A stretch of 24,000 nucleotides of DNA from Eubacterium barkeri (GTDB lineage: Bacteria > Bacillota > Clostridia > Eubacteriales > Eubacteriaceae). The notes below the pieces were generated by a model. The model worked only from the letters and a program-made list of their open reading frames with translations. It was not told where the DNA came from and did not search any database. Of the stretch, positions 15,608-23,636 are shown piece after piece. The DNA lies in assembly GCF_900107125.1 (NCBI RefSeq), contig NZ_FNOU01000016.1:52163-76162 (forward strand). Reading direction: 5' to 3'. Position 1 is the first letter of the stretch. Each line of letters begins with the position of its first letter. A program made the translations under genes and the position numbers.

Positions 15608-16667
15608 GACTATATACCTCCCTTAGAATATCTAAAACCCCTTTGTTTTCTTCCGGGGAGCCAATGGTTAAGCGGATGGCTTCTGGCTGGCCCTTCTTTG
15701 AACGAAAATGCTTAATGAGGATGTTGGCTTCCTTCATGGCTTTGTAGATTGCCGGAGCCTTGGCAGTTTCAAAATAGATGAAATTGGCAGCGGTGGGATA
15801 AACCTTCTCGATGGGGAGGGCCAGGAGGGCCTTATACATCTTCCGGCGTTCGACCCCCAGGGTTTTTAGGCGACCCAGCAGCTTGTCCCGGTGCCGAAGG
15901 GCACTAATGGCCGTTTGCTGGGTGAGGGTGTTGAGATTATAGGGGGATTTTACCTTGTACATGACATCGATGAGGGCTTTGCTCCCAGCACAGTAGCCGC
16001 AGCGGATCCCGGCCAGACCAAAGGCCTTGGAGAGGGTGCGCATGACCAATAGGTTGGGATAATAATCGACTAAATCAATATGGCTTTCGCCCTCCTTAAA
16101 TTCGATATAGGCTTCATCCAGGACCACCAGGGCTCCGGTTTCTTCCAGAATCTGGATGATATCGTGCCGTGGGAAGAGGTAGCCCGTGGGATTATTGGGA
16201 TTGCACAGATAGATGACCTTGGCATTTTTTTCGATCGCTGTGGCGATGATGGCAGAAACATCTGGGAAGTGGTCTTCTTTATCCGGCACCCATAAGAAGG
16301 GGGCGTCTCCAATGGTGCTCCAGATTTCGTACATGGAAAAGGAAGGGGCGTGGGAGACGATGGTGTCGCCGGTGTTCACAAAGGACTGGCAAATCATATT
16401 GATGATTTCATCAGAGCCACAGCCGGCAATGAGCTGGTCCGGGGCAATACCGGTGTAATCTGAGAGTAATTCCCTAAGCTCCGTAAAGCAGGCATCGGGA
16501 TAGCGGTTAAGATGCGTCGCCATAATGGTCTCACAAAGTTCTTTTTTCAAGTCGTCGGGAAAATCCCAGGGATTTTCATTGGCATTGAGGATAATGTCGT
16601 ATTGGGGAGGCTCCACTTGGTAGGCTTCCAGTTTTTGGACACAGGGGCGGGTATAATCCTTTTTCAT
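15597..16667 (-). CDS. hisC: Histidinol-phosphate aminotransferase
   Basis: LNANENPW motif and PLP-lysine context RTLSKAFGLAGIRCGY. I prefer the ATG at 16667, 1 nt after the hisD stop. The ORF-track start at 16676 is a TTG 3 codons upstream. Confidence 0.92.
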   Translation of the reverse strand: MKKDYTRPCVQKLEAYQVEPPQYDIILNANENPWDFPDDLKKELCETIMATHLNRYPDACFTELRELLSDYTGIAPDQLIAGCGSDEIINMICQSFVNTGDTIVSHAPSFSMYEIWSTIGDAPFLWVPDKEDHFPDVSAIIATAIEKNAKVIYLCNPNNPTGYLFPRHDIIQILEETGALVVLDEAYIEFKEGESHIDLVDYYPNLLVMRTLSKAFGLAGIRCGYCAGSKALIDVMYKVKSPYNLNTLTQQTAISALRHRDKLLGRLKTLGVERRKMYKALLALPIEKVYPTAANFIYFETAKAPAIYKAMKEANILIKHFRSKKGQPEAIRLTIGSPEENKGVLDILREVYSHDA

Positions 16668-16668
16668 T

Positions 16669-17949
16669 TTACTCAAACCGCCTTTCTACAGATTTGGCGT
16701 GGGCGTCCAGCCCTTCGGAGCGGGCAAAGGCTGCAATTTTTTGATAATCCTTTTTAAGGGCAGCTTCGGAATAGCTTAGAATACTGGAACGTTTGGTAAA
16801 ATCATAAACCCCCAGGGGAGAGGAGAACTTAGCGGTCCCAGAGGTGGGCAGGGTGTGGTTGGGGCCGGCAAAGTAATCGCCCAAGGGTTCAGGGGTGTAG
16901 GACCCCAGGAAGATTGCACCGGCATTGCGCACTCGATTAAGATAATCCATGGCATCCGGAAGGAGAATTTCCATATGCTCCGGAGCGATGGCGTTGGACA
17001 GCTCAAAGGCCTGGTCCAAATTCTCACAGACAAAGATAAAACCGTAGCCCGAAACGGACTTCCGGGCGATGGCCTTCCGGCTAAGGTCTGCATCAATCTG
17101 TCGTGTGATTTCGGCTTCTACGGCTTCACCAAAGGCCCGGGAGGTAGTCACCAGGATGGGCATGGCCATTTCATCATGCTCCGCCTGGGAGAGGAGGTCT
17201 GCCGCTGCAAAAACCGGATTGGCATTGCCATCGGCCAGGATAAGAACTTCGCTGGGACCGGCAATCATATCGATATCCACCACCCCAAAGACTTCCTTCT
17301 TGGCGGTGGCTACGAAGATATTGCCCGGGCCCACAATTTTATTAACGGGCTTCACCGATTCGGTGCCAAAGGCCAGGGCAGCGATGGCCTGGGCGCCACC
17401 GACCTTTAAAATTTCCGTCACACCCGCAATTTTAGCCGCAGCCAGAATATGGGGGTTGATTTTACCGTCGGCTCCCGGTGGGGTTACCATCACTAGGGAA
17501 TCCACCCCAGCGACAATGGCGGGAATGCTGTCCATAAGGACGGTGGAGGGGTAAGCCGCCTTTCCTCCGGGGACATAAAGGCCCACCCGTTCCAGGGCAG
17601 TGATGTGCTGACCCAGGGTGATGCCCGGGCCCGGGCTGTAGGTCCAGGTGGTTTCCAGCTGCTTTTCGTGGAAGGACCGGATATTTTGGGCGGCCTCCTC
17701 CATAATGGCAATCATTTCCGGGCCCACGGCGGTGAAGGCTTCTTCAATTTCCTCTGGGGTGACGGCCAGAGAATCCAGGCGGCACCCGTCAAATTTTTCG
17801 GTATAGTCCAATAATGCAACGTCCCCCCGGGCCTTAACTTCGTCGATGATGGCGAGGACAGTATCCCGGATTTCCGTGTTTTCCCCTTCATCCCGCTTCA
17901 GCAGGCGGTTGAGGGAGGGGGCGGCTTCGGTGTATGTGTATGTTTTCAT
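16669..17949 (-). CDS. hisD: Histidinol dehydrogenase
   Basis: 426 aa with IAGPSEVLILAD, QAEHDE and GDYFAGPNHTLPT motifs. AGGAGG lies 5 nt upstream of the ATG at 17949. Confidence 0.95.
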   Translation of the reverse strand: MKTYTYTEAAPSLNRLLKRDEGENTEIRDTVLAIIDEVKARGDVALLDYTEKFDGCRLDSLAVTPEEIEEAFTAVGPEMIAIMEEAAQNIRSFHEKQLETTWTYSPGPGITLGQHITALERVGLYVPGGKAAYPSTVLMDSIPAIVAGVDSLVMVTPPGADGKINPHILAAAKIAGVTEILKVGGAQAIAALAFGTESVKPVNKIVGPGNIFVATAKKEVFGVVDIDMIAGPSEVLILADGNANPVFAAADLLSQAEHDEMAMPILVTTSRAFGEAVEAEITRQIDADLSRKAIARKSVSGYGFIFVCENLDQAFELSNAIAPEHMEILLPDAMDYLNRVRNAGAIFLGSYTPEPLGDYFAGPNHTLPTSGTAKFSSPLGVYDFTKRSSILSYSEAALKKDYQKIAAFARSEGLDAHAKSVERRFE

Positions 17950-17958
17950 TCAAACCTC

Positions 17959-18582
17959 CTATTGGGCGATGGCTGAAAACCGATCGATAATGGGCTCGAT
18001 TTCCCGCCGCTTAATCTTTAAACTGACTTGGTTGACAATGAGCCTTGAGCTGATATCGCAAATCTCCTGAAGCACCACCAGGCCATTTTCCTTCAGGGTG
18101 CTGCCGCTTTCCACAATATCTACAATACAGTCGGAAAGTCCAAGAATGGGGGCCAGCTCCACCGAACCGTTGATCATGATCAGATCGATGGGCTGGTCTA
18201 TGGAATTAAAATATTGTTTGGCAATACCCGGATATTTTGTCCCCACCACCAGCTTTTTGTCGAATTGGATATGGGTATCGGCATAACCGGCCACGCACAT
18301 CTTGCATTGTCCGATATTCAGGTTTAACAGCTCGTAGACATTGGCGGGGTGTTCCATCAAGACATCCCGGCCAACGATGCCGATATCTGCGGCACCCTTT
18401 TCAACATAGGTGCCCACATCCGGAGATTTTACCAAAAAGAATTCAATGGCACCGGAGGTATCCTGAAAGATTAATTTCCGGCTTTCCGGGGTATAATCCT
18501 CAAAGCAATAGCCGATCTCGGTAAGGAGTGCAATGGCTTTTTTAGCGACTCGGCCCTTGGCCAGGGCAAAACGTATGGTCAT
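17959..18582 (-). CDS. hisG: ATP phosphoribosyltransferase, short (HisZ-dependent) form
   Basis: About 207 aa and lacks the C-terminal regulatory domain. Motifs LAKGR and DIVESGSTLKENGL. I prefer the ATG at 18582 (MTIRFALAKGR), which overlaps the hisZ stop by 1 nt (TGATG). The ORF-track start at 18609 is 9 codons longer. Confidence 0.92.
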   Translation of the reverse strand: MTIRFALAKGRVAKKAIALLTEIGYCFEDYTPESRKLIFQDTSGAIEFFLVKSPDVGTYVEKGAADIGIVGRDVLMEHPANVYELLNLNIGQCKMCVAGYADTHIQFDKKLVVGTKYPGIAKQYFNSIDQPIDLIMINGSVELAPILGLSDCIVDIVESGSTLKENGLVVLQEICDISSRLIVNQVSLKIKRREIEPIIDRFSAIAQ

Positions 18583-19835
18583 CAGTCCACCATCCCTTCT
18601 GTAATACATGCAATGGGCTTAAAGGCATCGTCCTTAAACTGAAAGGTTTTGCCGCCGCTGATATAATAAAAGCTGGCGCCTTCATACATTTGATTGTGCT
18701 GGAGCTGTGCCTTCGTTGTCAGGGAGGTGTCAGAGACCTGGAAAACCTCGGTGGAACAGCCCTGGGAACGGAGGGTATCGGCGGTGTCGAAGGCCTGGCA
18801 TTTATCTCCGGGATCGTATAAAATGACAGTACGGCTGGTGGTGTCCGCCGGCAGAAGATCATTTTGTTCCATATAATCCATGAGTTGGAGGATATCGATG
18901 GCAAAGCCACAGGCCGGCCGGTCAATACCAAACCGGGCAGAAAGATTATCATAGCGTCCACCGCCAATGACGGGCTCTCCCCAGCCGTTGACGTAGACCT
19001 TGAAAATCAGGTCAGTGTAATAATTCATCCGGCTGGTGAAGCCTAAATCGAAGGTGATGTATTGGGCGAGGCCAATGATTTCCAAATGCTTGTAAATGGC
19101 ACGGAGCTGGGAGACGACAGAGCGCATACCATCGGTCAGACAGAGGCCGTCCATTTCTGAGAAAACCTCCTGGGGGTCCCCGTAGAGCAGGGGCATTTTC
19201 AGGATGGTTTCCACGGTGGCGTCGTCATAGGGCTCGTCGGATAGAAAATCCCGGATATCACCGAGGTTTTTCGTTTCGATGAGATTTAAAAGCCGGGTGC
19301 GTTTGTCCCCGGTAAGTCCAATGGCATCAAAAAGCTGGCCAATAAAGCCGACGTGCCCCATATCGATGTGGATATCTTCAATGCCGTTTACCAGCAGGGA
19401 GGAGATGGCCAGAGCGATGATTTCACCATCACATTCCGGCATGGCATTGCCGAAATATTCCACCCCCATCTGGGTAATTTCCTTTTTCACAATATCCGGA
19501 GAAGCGAAATTCCGATAGATATTGGTGCGGTAGCAAAATTTAATGATTTCCTGGGAATCGTGATGGTTGATGGCGGCCATGCGGGCAATGGGCAGAGTGG
19601 CATCCGGCTTAAGGGCCAGAACCTTTCCCTGATGATTGACCAGCTTGAAGAGCTCGTCACTGGGAATGGCGTCCTCTGGGGCCAGTAGGTCATAGGCCTC
19701 AAAGGTGGGCGTGGAGACCTGGTGGTAGCCGTACAGACTGAACAAATGGCTCAGCTTATTTTCGATTTTTTGAAGGGCCAGAAAGCCTTGATATTGGATA
19801 TTCTCAAACCCTTCAATAGTATAATTTGTTAACAT
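18582..19835 (-). CDS. hisZ: ATP phosphoribosyltransferase regulatory subunit (HisRS paralogue)
   Basis: 417 aa class-II aaRS-like core (YYTDLIFKVY, GGGRYDNL). It sits immediately upstream of a short-form hisG. GAGGAGG lies 6 nt upstream of the ATG at 19835. Confidence 0.9.
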   Translation of the reverse strand: MLTNYTIEGFENIQYQGFLALQKIENKLSHLFSLYGYHQVSTPTFEAYDLLAPEDAIPSDELFKLVNHQGKVLALKPDATLPIARMAAINHHDSQEIIKFCYRTNIYRNFASPDIVKKEITQMGVEYFGNAMPECDGEIIALAISSLLVNGIEDIHIDMGHVGFIGQLFDAIGLTGDKRTRLLNLIETKNLGDIRDFLSDEPYDDATVETILKMPLLYGDPQEVFSEMDGLCLTDGMRSVVSQLRAIYKHLEIIGLAQYITFDLGFTSRMNYYTDLIFKVYVNGWGEPVIGGGRYDNLSARFGIDRPACGFAIDILQLMDYMEQNDLLPADTTSRTVILYDPGDKCQAFDTADTLRSQGCSTEVFQVSDTSLTTKAQLQHNQMYEGASFYYISGGKTFQFKDDAFKPIACITEGMVD

Positions 19836-19881
19836 AGTATCCTCCTCTTTGTTACGTTACCGTAATAAAGTGCGTGATGAT

Positions 19882-19910
19882 AGTCTAACATTCATTTTGG
19901 TCCAGGTCAA
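19882..19910 (-). promoter_or_regulatory. Candidate sigma-A promoter of the his operon
   Basis: Minus strand reads TTGACC (complement of 19905-19910), a 17-nt spacer, then TAGACT (complement of 19882-19887). This leaves a leader of only about 40 nt. Confidence 0.5.
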
Positions 19911-19986
19911 TGCTTTCAGAGAAAAAACCTAATTTTCATGCAACTTTAATCTAGAAATATGATAATATTATTCTACCATAAAAAGG

Positions 19987-20015
19987 TTGAAAAATGAATG
20001 TGTCCATTGGACAAT
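19987..20015 (+). promoter_or_regulatory. Weak candidate promoter for the HAD hydrolase gene
   Basis: TTGAAA (19987-19992), 17-nt spacer, GACAAT (20010-20015). The -10 is poor. Confidence 0.3.
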
Positions 20016-20055
20016 AGAAAAAGAGGAAAGTGAACTTTGAAATTTTGGAGAGAAT

Positions 20056-20721
20056 ATGGCTTATAAATGTATTATCTTTGACTTTGATGGGACCTTGGCA
20101 GATACAGAACAGCAGGTCTTTCAATTGTACAATGATATGGCGGAAAAATATAAATATCGGAAGGTTACCCATGAGGAGCTCCAGCACATCAAGGAGCTCA
20201 ATATTGCGGACATTATGGAAATTGTGGATATTCCCTTCTACCGTTTGCCCCGGGTCCTTCGGGAAGGGCAGCGGCGCCTCCGGGAGGAGAAGGATTCCAT
20301 TAAGGCCTTTAAGCCCCATCTCCGGGACTTCATGACAGCCCTGGAGTCAGAAACGGAAATCCGGGGAATTTTAACGTCGAATGTCAAGAAGACTGTCAAT
20401 GCTTTTTTGAAGAATTATGCCATCACCGATTGCTTTGATTTTGTGGTATGTTCCTCCCTTTTATCCAAGGAGAAAAAAATAAAAAAGGTTGCCAAGAAAT
20501 ACAAGCTGGAGCTATCCGAGATTCTGTATATCGGCGATGAAACCCGGGATATTGAAGCCTGTCACCGGGCTGGGGTGGATGTAGTCGCTGTGGACTGGGG
20601 GTATAATACCCTGGCGGCCTTAGAGCGCTGTAATCCCACCTACACGGCCTCCTCTCTGGAGGAAATCTTGGAAATCGTGAGGAGTAAAGATGATAAAGGA
20701 TGCTCTGAAACAGCTGTTTGA
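20056..20721 (+). CDS. HAD-superfamily hydrolase (phosphoglycolate-phosphatase-like)
   Basis: HAD motif I IIFDFDGTLADT, motif II ILTSN and motif IV YIGDETRDIEA. GGAGAG lies upstream of the ATG at 20056. Confidence 0.87.
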   Translation: MAYKCIIFDFDGTLADTEQQVFQLYNDMAEKYKYRKVTHEELQHIKELNIADIMEIVDIPFYRLPRVLREGQRRLREEKDSIKAFKPHLRDFMTALESETEIRGILTSNVKKTVNAFLKNYAITDCFDFVVCSSLLSKEKKIKKVAKKYKLELSEILYIGDETRDIEACHRAGVDVVAVDWGYNTLAALERCNPTYTASSLEEILEIVRSKDDKGCSETAV

Positions 20722-21964
20722 GGTTTTCTATGCCCGGGGCAGGCAGCTTTACATCGTCGGTGGAGCGGTGCGTGACTGCTTGTTGGGGATTCCCCCTGGA
20801 GATATCGATTTGACCACTGATGCTTTGCCCGAGGAAATGGAGGTGTGGTTTCCCCATACCATCAATAAAGGAAAGCGCTTCGGAACCATTGGGGTGGTGC
20901 TGGAGGGAGAAGTTTACGAAATTACCACCTTTAGGAGGGATACGGCCTATCAGGATGGACGCCACCCGGTGGCTGTGGCCTTTACTGATGATATCCGGGA
21001 GGATGTTATCCGCCGGGATTTTACCATCAATGCCCTGGTTGTGGATGGGCAGGGCGTCCTTTACGATTATGTTGGTGGCCTTGAGGATTTAGAAAAGGGC
21101 ATATTGCGGTGCATCGGAAATCCGGATGATCGCTTCCAGGAGGATCAGCTGCGCAAATGGCGTGCCATCCGCCTGGCTGCGGAGAAAGCCATGGAAATTG
21201 CAGCCCCTACCCGGGAGGCGATCCATGCGAATCCTGCCATTGATGGCGTTAGCATGGAACGCCTGCGGGAGGAATTTGATCGGATACTTCTGGCAGAGAA
21301 GGTCACTTGGGGGGGATACCTGCTGGTGCGAACGGATTTGATGACGACTCTGTTGCGCCGGACCATTCCGGCCTTTACCAAACGTCAACGGGATTACCAT
21401 TTAATTGAGAGTTTTGAGATTATGGCCTATGTCCCCAGGGATTTGGTCATGCGCCTGACCATTCTGGCGGTTCCCATGACTCCAGTGGAACGTCTGGAAT
21501 TTTTTTCCTGTATGCGTTATCCCAAGGCGATCATGGCCCGGGTAATTGCTTTGAGCCGCCATTTTTTTGTAAAGTCTGGGGATATGGTGGCTTTTAAAGG
21601 CGCTATTGCAGATATTGGGGTGGCAGATTTCGACCGGCTTCTTTGTCTCCAGCAGGGTCAGGCCCAGTGGGAGAACAACCCCAAATGGATGGGGGAGGCC
21701 GCTGAGAACCGTGCCGCCTTTGAGGTGATTAAAGCCCGGGGGGATGCCCTGGTGCGGGCAGACCTTGCGGTAAAGGGCGAGGATATCAAGGCCCTTGGCT
21801 ATGAGGGCAGCGCCATTGCCAGGGCCCTGGATACTGCCTTAAAATGGGTATATCGGCATCCAGAAAAAAATACGAAAGCGGACCTGATGGTCTATTTAGA
21901 GGAGGACAAAAGTGGAAAAGCTCACATCACCCAGGACCATCGAGGGTTTACTGAAGAAATATGA
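20690..21964 (+). CDS. cca: CCA-adding enzyme / tRNA nucleotidyltransferase (poly(A) polymerase family)
   Basis: Pol-beta nucleotidyltransferase head YIVGGAVRDCLLG...GDIDLTT and the RRDFTINAL motif. GAGGAG lies 5 nt upstream of the ATG at 20690. It overlaps the HAD gene by 32 nt. Confidence 0.87.
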   Translation: MIKDALKQLFEVFYARGRQLYIVGGAVRDCLLGIPPGDIDLTTDALPEEMEVWFPHTINKGKRFGTIGVVLEGEVYEITTFRRDTAYQDGRHPVAVAFTDDIREDVIRRDFTINALVVDGQGVLYDYVGGLEDLEKGILRCIGNPDDRFQEDQLRKWRAIRLAAEKAMEIAAPTREAIHANPAIDGVSMERLREEFDRILLAEKVTWGGYLLVRTDLMTTLLRRTIPAFTKRQRDYHLIESFEIMAYVPRDLVMRLTILAVPMTPVERLEFFSCMRYPKAIMARVIALSRHFFVKSGDMVAFKGAIADIGVADFDRLLCLQQGQAQWENNPKWMGEAAENRAAFEVIKARGDALVRADLAVKGEDIKALGYEGSAIARALDTALKWVYRHPEKNTKADLMVYLEEDKSGKAHITQDHRGFTEEI

Positions 21965-22772
21965 TTTGCATTTTAACAAACGGTTTGGGCAAAACTTTCT
22001 AATCGACGCCAACATGGTTGAAAAGATTGTGGCGGCGGGACAACTGACCAAGGAGGATATTGTGCTGGAGGTGGGGCCGGGTATCGGCACCATGACCCAG
22101 GTCCTTGCCCGGGAGGCGGGAAAGGTCTACGCTGTAGAAATTGATAAAAAACTGATTCCGGTATTGGAAGAAACCCTGGCAGATTGCCCCAATGTTTCAG
22201 TGATTTGTGGGGATATTTTAAAGACCGATGTGGCCGCCTTGGTGGCCCAGGAGTTGGCCCGGGGAATGTCTTTAAAAATCGTGGCGAATCTCCCCTACTA
22301 CGTGACGACACCCATTATCATGGGATTTTTAGAGTCGGACCTTCCGGTGGAGCGGATGTCTTTTTTAATTCAGAAGGAGGTTGGAGAGCGGATCTGCGCC
22401 CAGCCAGGAACTAAGGCCTACGGATCCCTAACCATCGCCTGCCAGTATTATGTCAAGCCCCAGGTGGCATTTTATGTGCCTGCTGGTGTTTTCATGCCTC
22501 GACCTAAGGTAGACTCTGTGGTCATCACCCTGGAAAAACGCCAGGCACCTTCGGTGACCCCCGAGGATAAGGAACTGTTTTTCCGCATTGTTAAAGCCGC
22601 TTTTTTAAATCGACGGAAGACACTGATCAATAGCCTGTGCGCCAATACCGGTTACGATAAGGAAAGACTCACGAAGGCTTTAGAGGCTGCGAATATTGAT
22701 CCTGGGGTTCGGGCCGAGCGCCTTACCGGAGAAGATTTCGCCCGGCTTTCGGATTGTCTGCAGAAAGAATAA
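21912..22772 (+). CDS. rsmA: 16S rRNA (adenine1518/1519-N6)-dimethyltransferase
   Basis: FGQNFL motif, SAM motif VLEVGPGIGTMT and VANLPYYV. GTG start with GGAGGA 5 nt upstream. The N-terminal PRTIEGLLKKY segment matches the usual KsgA N-terminus as I recall it, so the 53-nt overlap with cca appears real. Confidence 0.92.
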   Translation: MEKLTSPRTIEGLLKKYDLHFNKRFGQNFLIDANMVEKIVAAGQLTKEDIVLEVGPGIGTMTQVLAREAGKVYAVEIDKKLIPVLEETLADCPNVSVICGDILKTDVAALVAQELARGMSLKIVANLPYYVTTPIIMGFLESDLPVERMSFLIQKEVGERICAQPGTKAYGSLTIACQYYVKPQVAFYVPAGVFMPRPKVDSVVITLEKRQAPSVTPEDKELFFRIVKAAFLNRRKTLINSLCANTGYDKERLTKALEAANIDPGVRAERLTGEDFARLSDCLQKE

Positions 22773-22781
22773 TTTTGTTTC

Positions 22782-22810
22782 TTGATATTTCACGAAAATG
22801 CTGGTATGAT
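22782..22810 (+). promoter_or_regulatory. Candidate sigma-A promoter for the orphan eutL-like gene
   Basis: TTGATA (22782-22787), 17-nt spacer, TATGAT (22805-22810). TG at 22802-22803 is in the extended -10 position. Confidence 0.55.
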
Positions 22811-22865
22811 AATGTTAATTATTATGACTATAAACTAGAATTTGAATTATAAGGAGGACTCCCCA

Positions 22866-23510
22866 ATGATTGGTGATAAAGTTTCAGGAAAGGTATTGGT
22901 CAGCCGATTGCTCACCGCCGTTAATGATTTTATGATCGATGATTATGAATTACCTGAAGGCTATGTGGATATGGGCCTTTTCACCACTGCGTGTGATGGT
23001 GTGGGTTATGTGGCCGCTGACGATGCCACCAAGATGGCCAACATCGAAGTGGCGAAGATTTATTCCACCTATGGTGGCAGCGGTAAGATGAATGATGGCC
23101 AGACCTTCGGTATGATTACAGGCCCGACGGTATCGGATGTCCAGCGGGGGCTGCGCTATGTTCGGGAGTTTGTGGAAGAGCAGGCTTCTTTATATAGTAT
23201 CAGTGAGGATGACAGCGTGGTGCTTTATTCCGAGTGTGTGTCTAAAATCGGCCGTTATTTTGCCAAGGCCTACAATCTGCCCCAGGGTTCGTCCATTGTT
23301 TACCTTTTGGCTCCGGCGATTTATGGTGTTGCAGGGATTGATGAAATGACGGATTATGCCGACGTGGAATTGGTTCAGTATTTAGGCAGCCCAACCCATT
23401 CCAACCTGTGTGGCGGGATCTTTACCGGCTCCCAGTCCCAATGCCGTTCCGCAGCGGAAAGCTTTAAAAATGCGATTTTCGATTATGTGGATGACCCGGT
23501 TGAATATTAA
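22866..23510 (+). CDS. eutL: Tandem-BMC-domain (BMC-T) microcompartment shell protein, EutL/PduB family
   Basis: 214 aa from the ATG at 22866 (AAGGAGG at 22851-22857). The ORF-track TTG at 22842 is unlikely. The protein appears colinear with E. coli EutL as I recall it: VNDF..ELP, YVAADDATKMANIEV, VYLLAPAIYGVAGIDEMTDYADVELVQY, GGIFTGSQSQCRSAAESF. Confidence 0.85.
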   Translation: MIGDKVSGKVLVSRLLTAVNDFMIDDYELPEGYVDMGLFTTACDGVGYVAADDATKMANIEVAKIYSTYGGSGKMNDGQTFGMITGPTVSDVQRGLRYVREFVEEQASLYSISEDDSVVLYSECVSKIGRYFAKAYNLPQGSSIVYLLAPAIYGVAGIDEMTDYADVELVQYLGSPTHSNLCGGIFTGSQSQCRSAAESFKNAIFDYVDDPVEY

Positions 23511-23530
23511 GATTAAAAGTTGAATAACAA

Positions 23531-23576
23531 GAGATATGGCACTGCAGAATCAACTGCGGCTCCATATCTTTTTTTA
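23531..23576 (+). terminator. Rho-independent terminator after the eutL-like gene
   Basis: Outer stem AGATATGG (23532-23539) pairs with CCATATCT (23562-23569). Inner stem GCAG (23544-23547) pairs with CTGC (23554-23557). A run of seven T follows. Confidence 0.8.
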
Positions 23577-23583
23577 GTTGAGA

Positions 23584-23592
23584 TGGTATAAT
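23584..23592 (+). promoter_or_regulatory. Extended -10 element upstream of the ABC ATPase gene
   Basis: TGGTATAAT at 23584-23592, about 45 nt before the ATG at 23637. Confidence 0.4.
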
Positions 23593-23636
23593 AATGGGGA
23601 ATCAGATCACTTGGATTCGTATGGAAAGGAACTATT

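Noticed and set aside
12335-17554. Several 60-184-aa plus-strand ORFs inside the his operon (for example 12335-12772, 14954-15454, 16855-17409, 17069-17554)
   Set aside because: All lie antisense to well-conserved his genes in GC-rich DNA where long stop-free antisense frames arise by chance. Their products are Gly/Arg/Pro-rich with no motifs and no RBS.
19840-19900. Possible his attenuation leader peptide: a 20-codon frame MLDYHHALYYGNVTKRRILC on the minus strand with two adjacent His codons (CAT CAC), overlapping the hisZ start
   Set aside because: It has only two His codons and no RBS. Its ATG lies inside the predicted promoter spacer and -10, so it would not be on the transcript. No terminator/antiterminator structures follow.
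19930-19960. AATTAGG string in the his leader region (minus strand) resembling the start of a T-box core
   Set aside because: The rest of the T-box consensus (GGTGGTACCGCG-like) is absent. No specifier loop or terminator helix is visible, and the leader is too short.
20423-20965. 180-aa minus-strand ORF across the HAD/cca junction
   Set aside because: It is antisense to two recognised genes, Pro/Arg/Ser-rich, and has no start context, so it is a shadow ORF.
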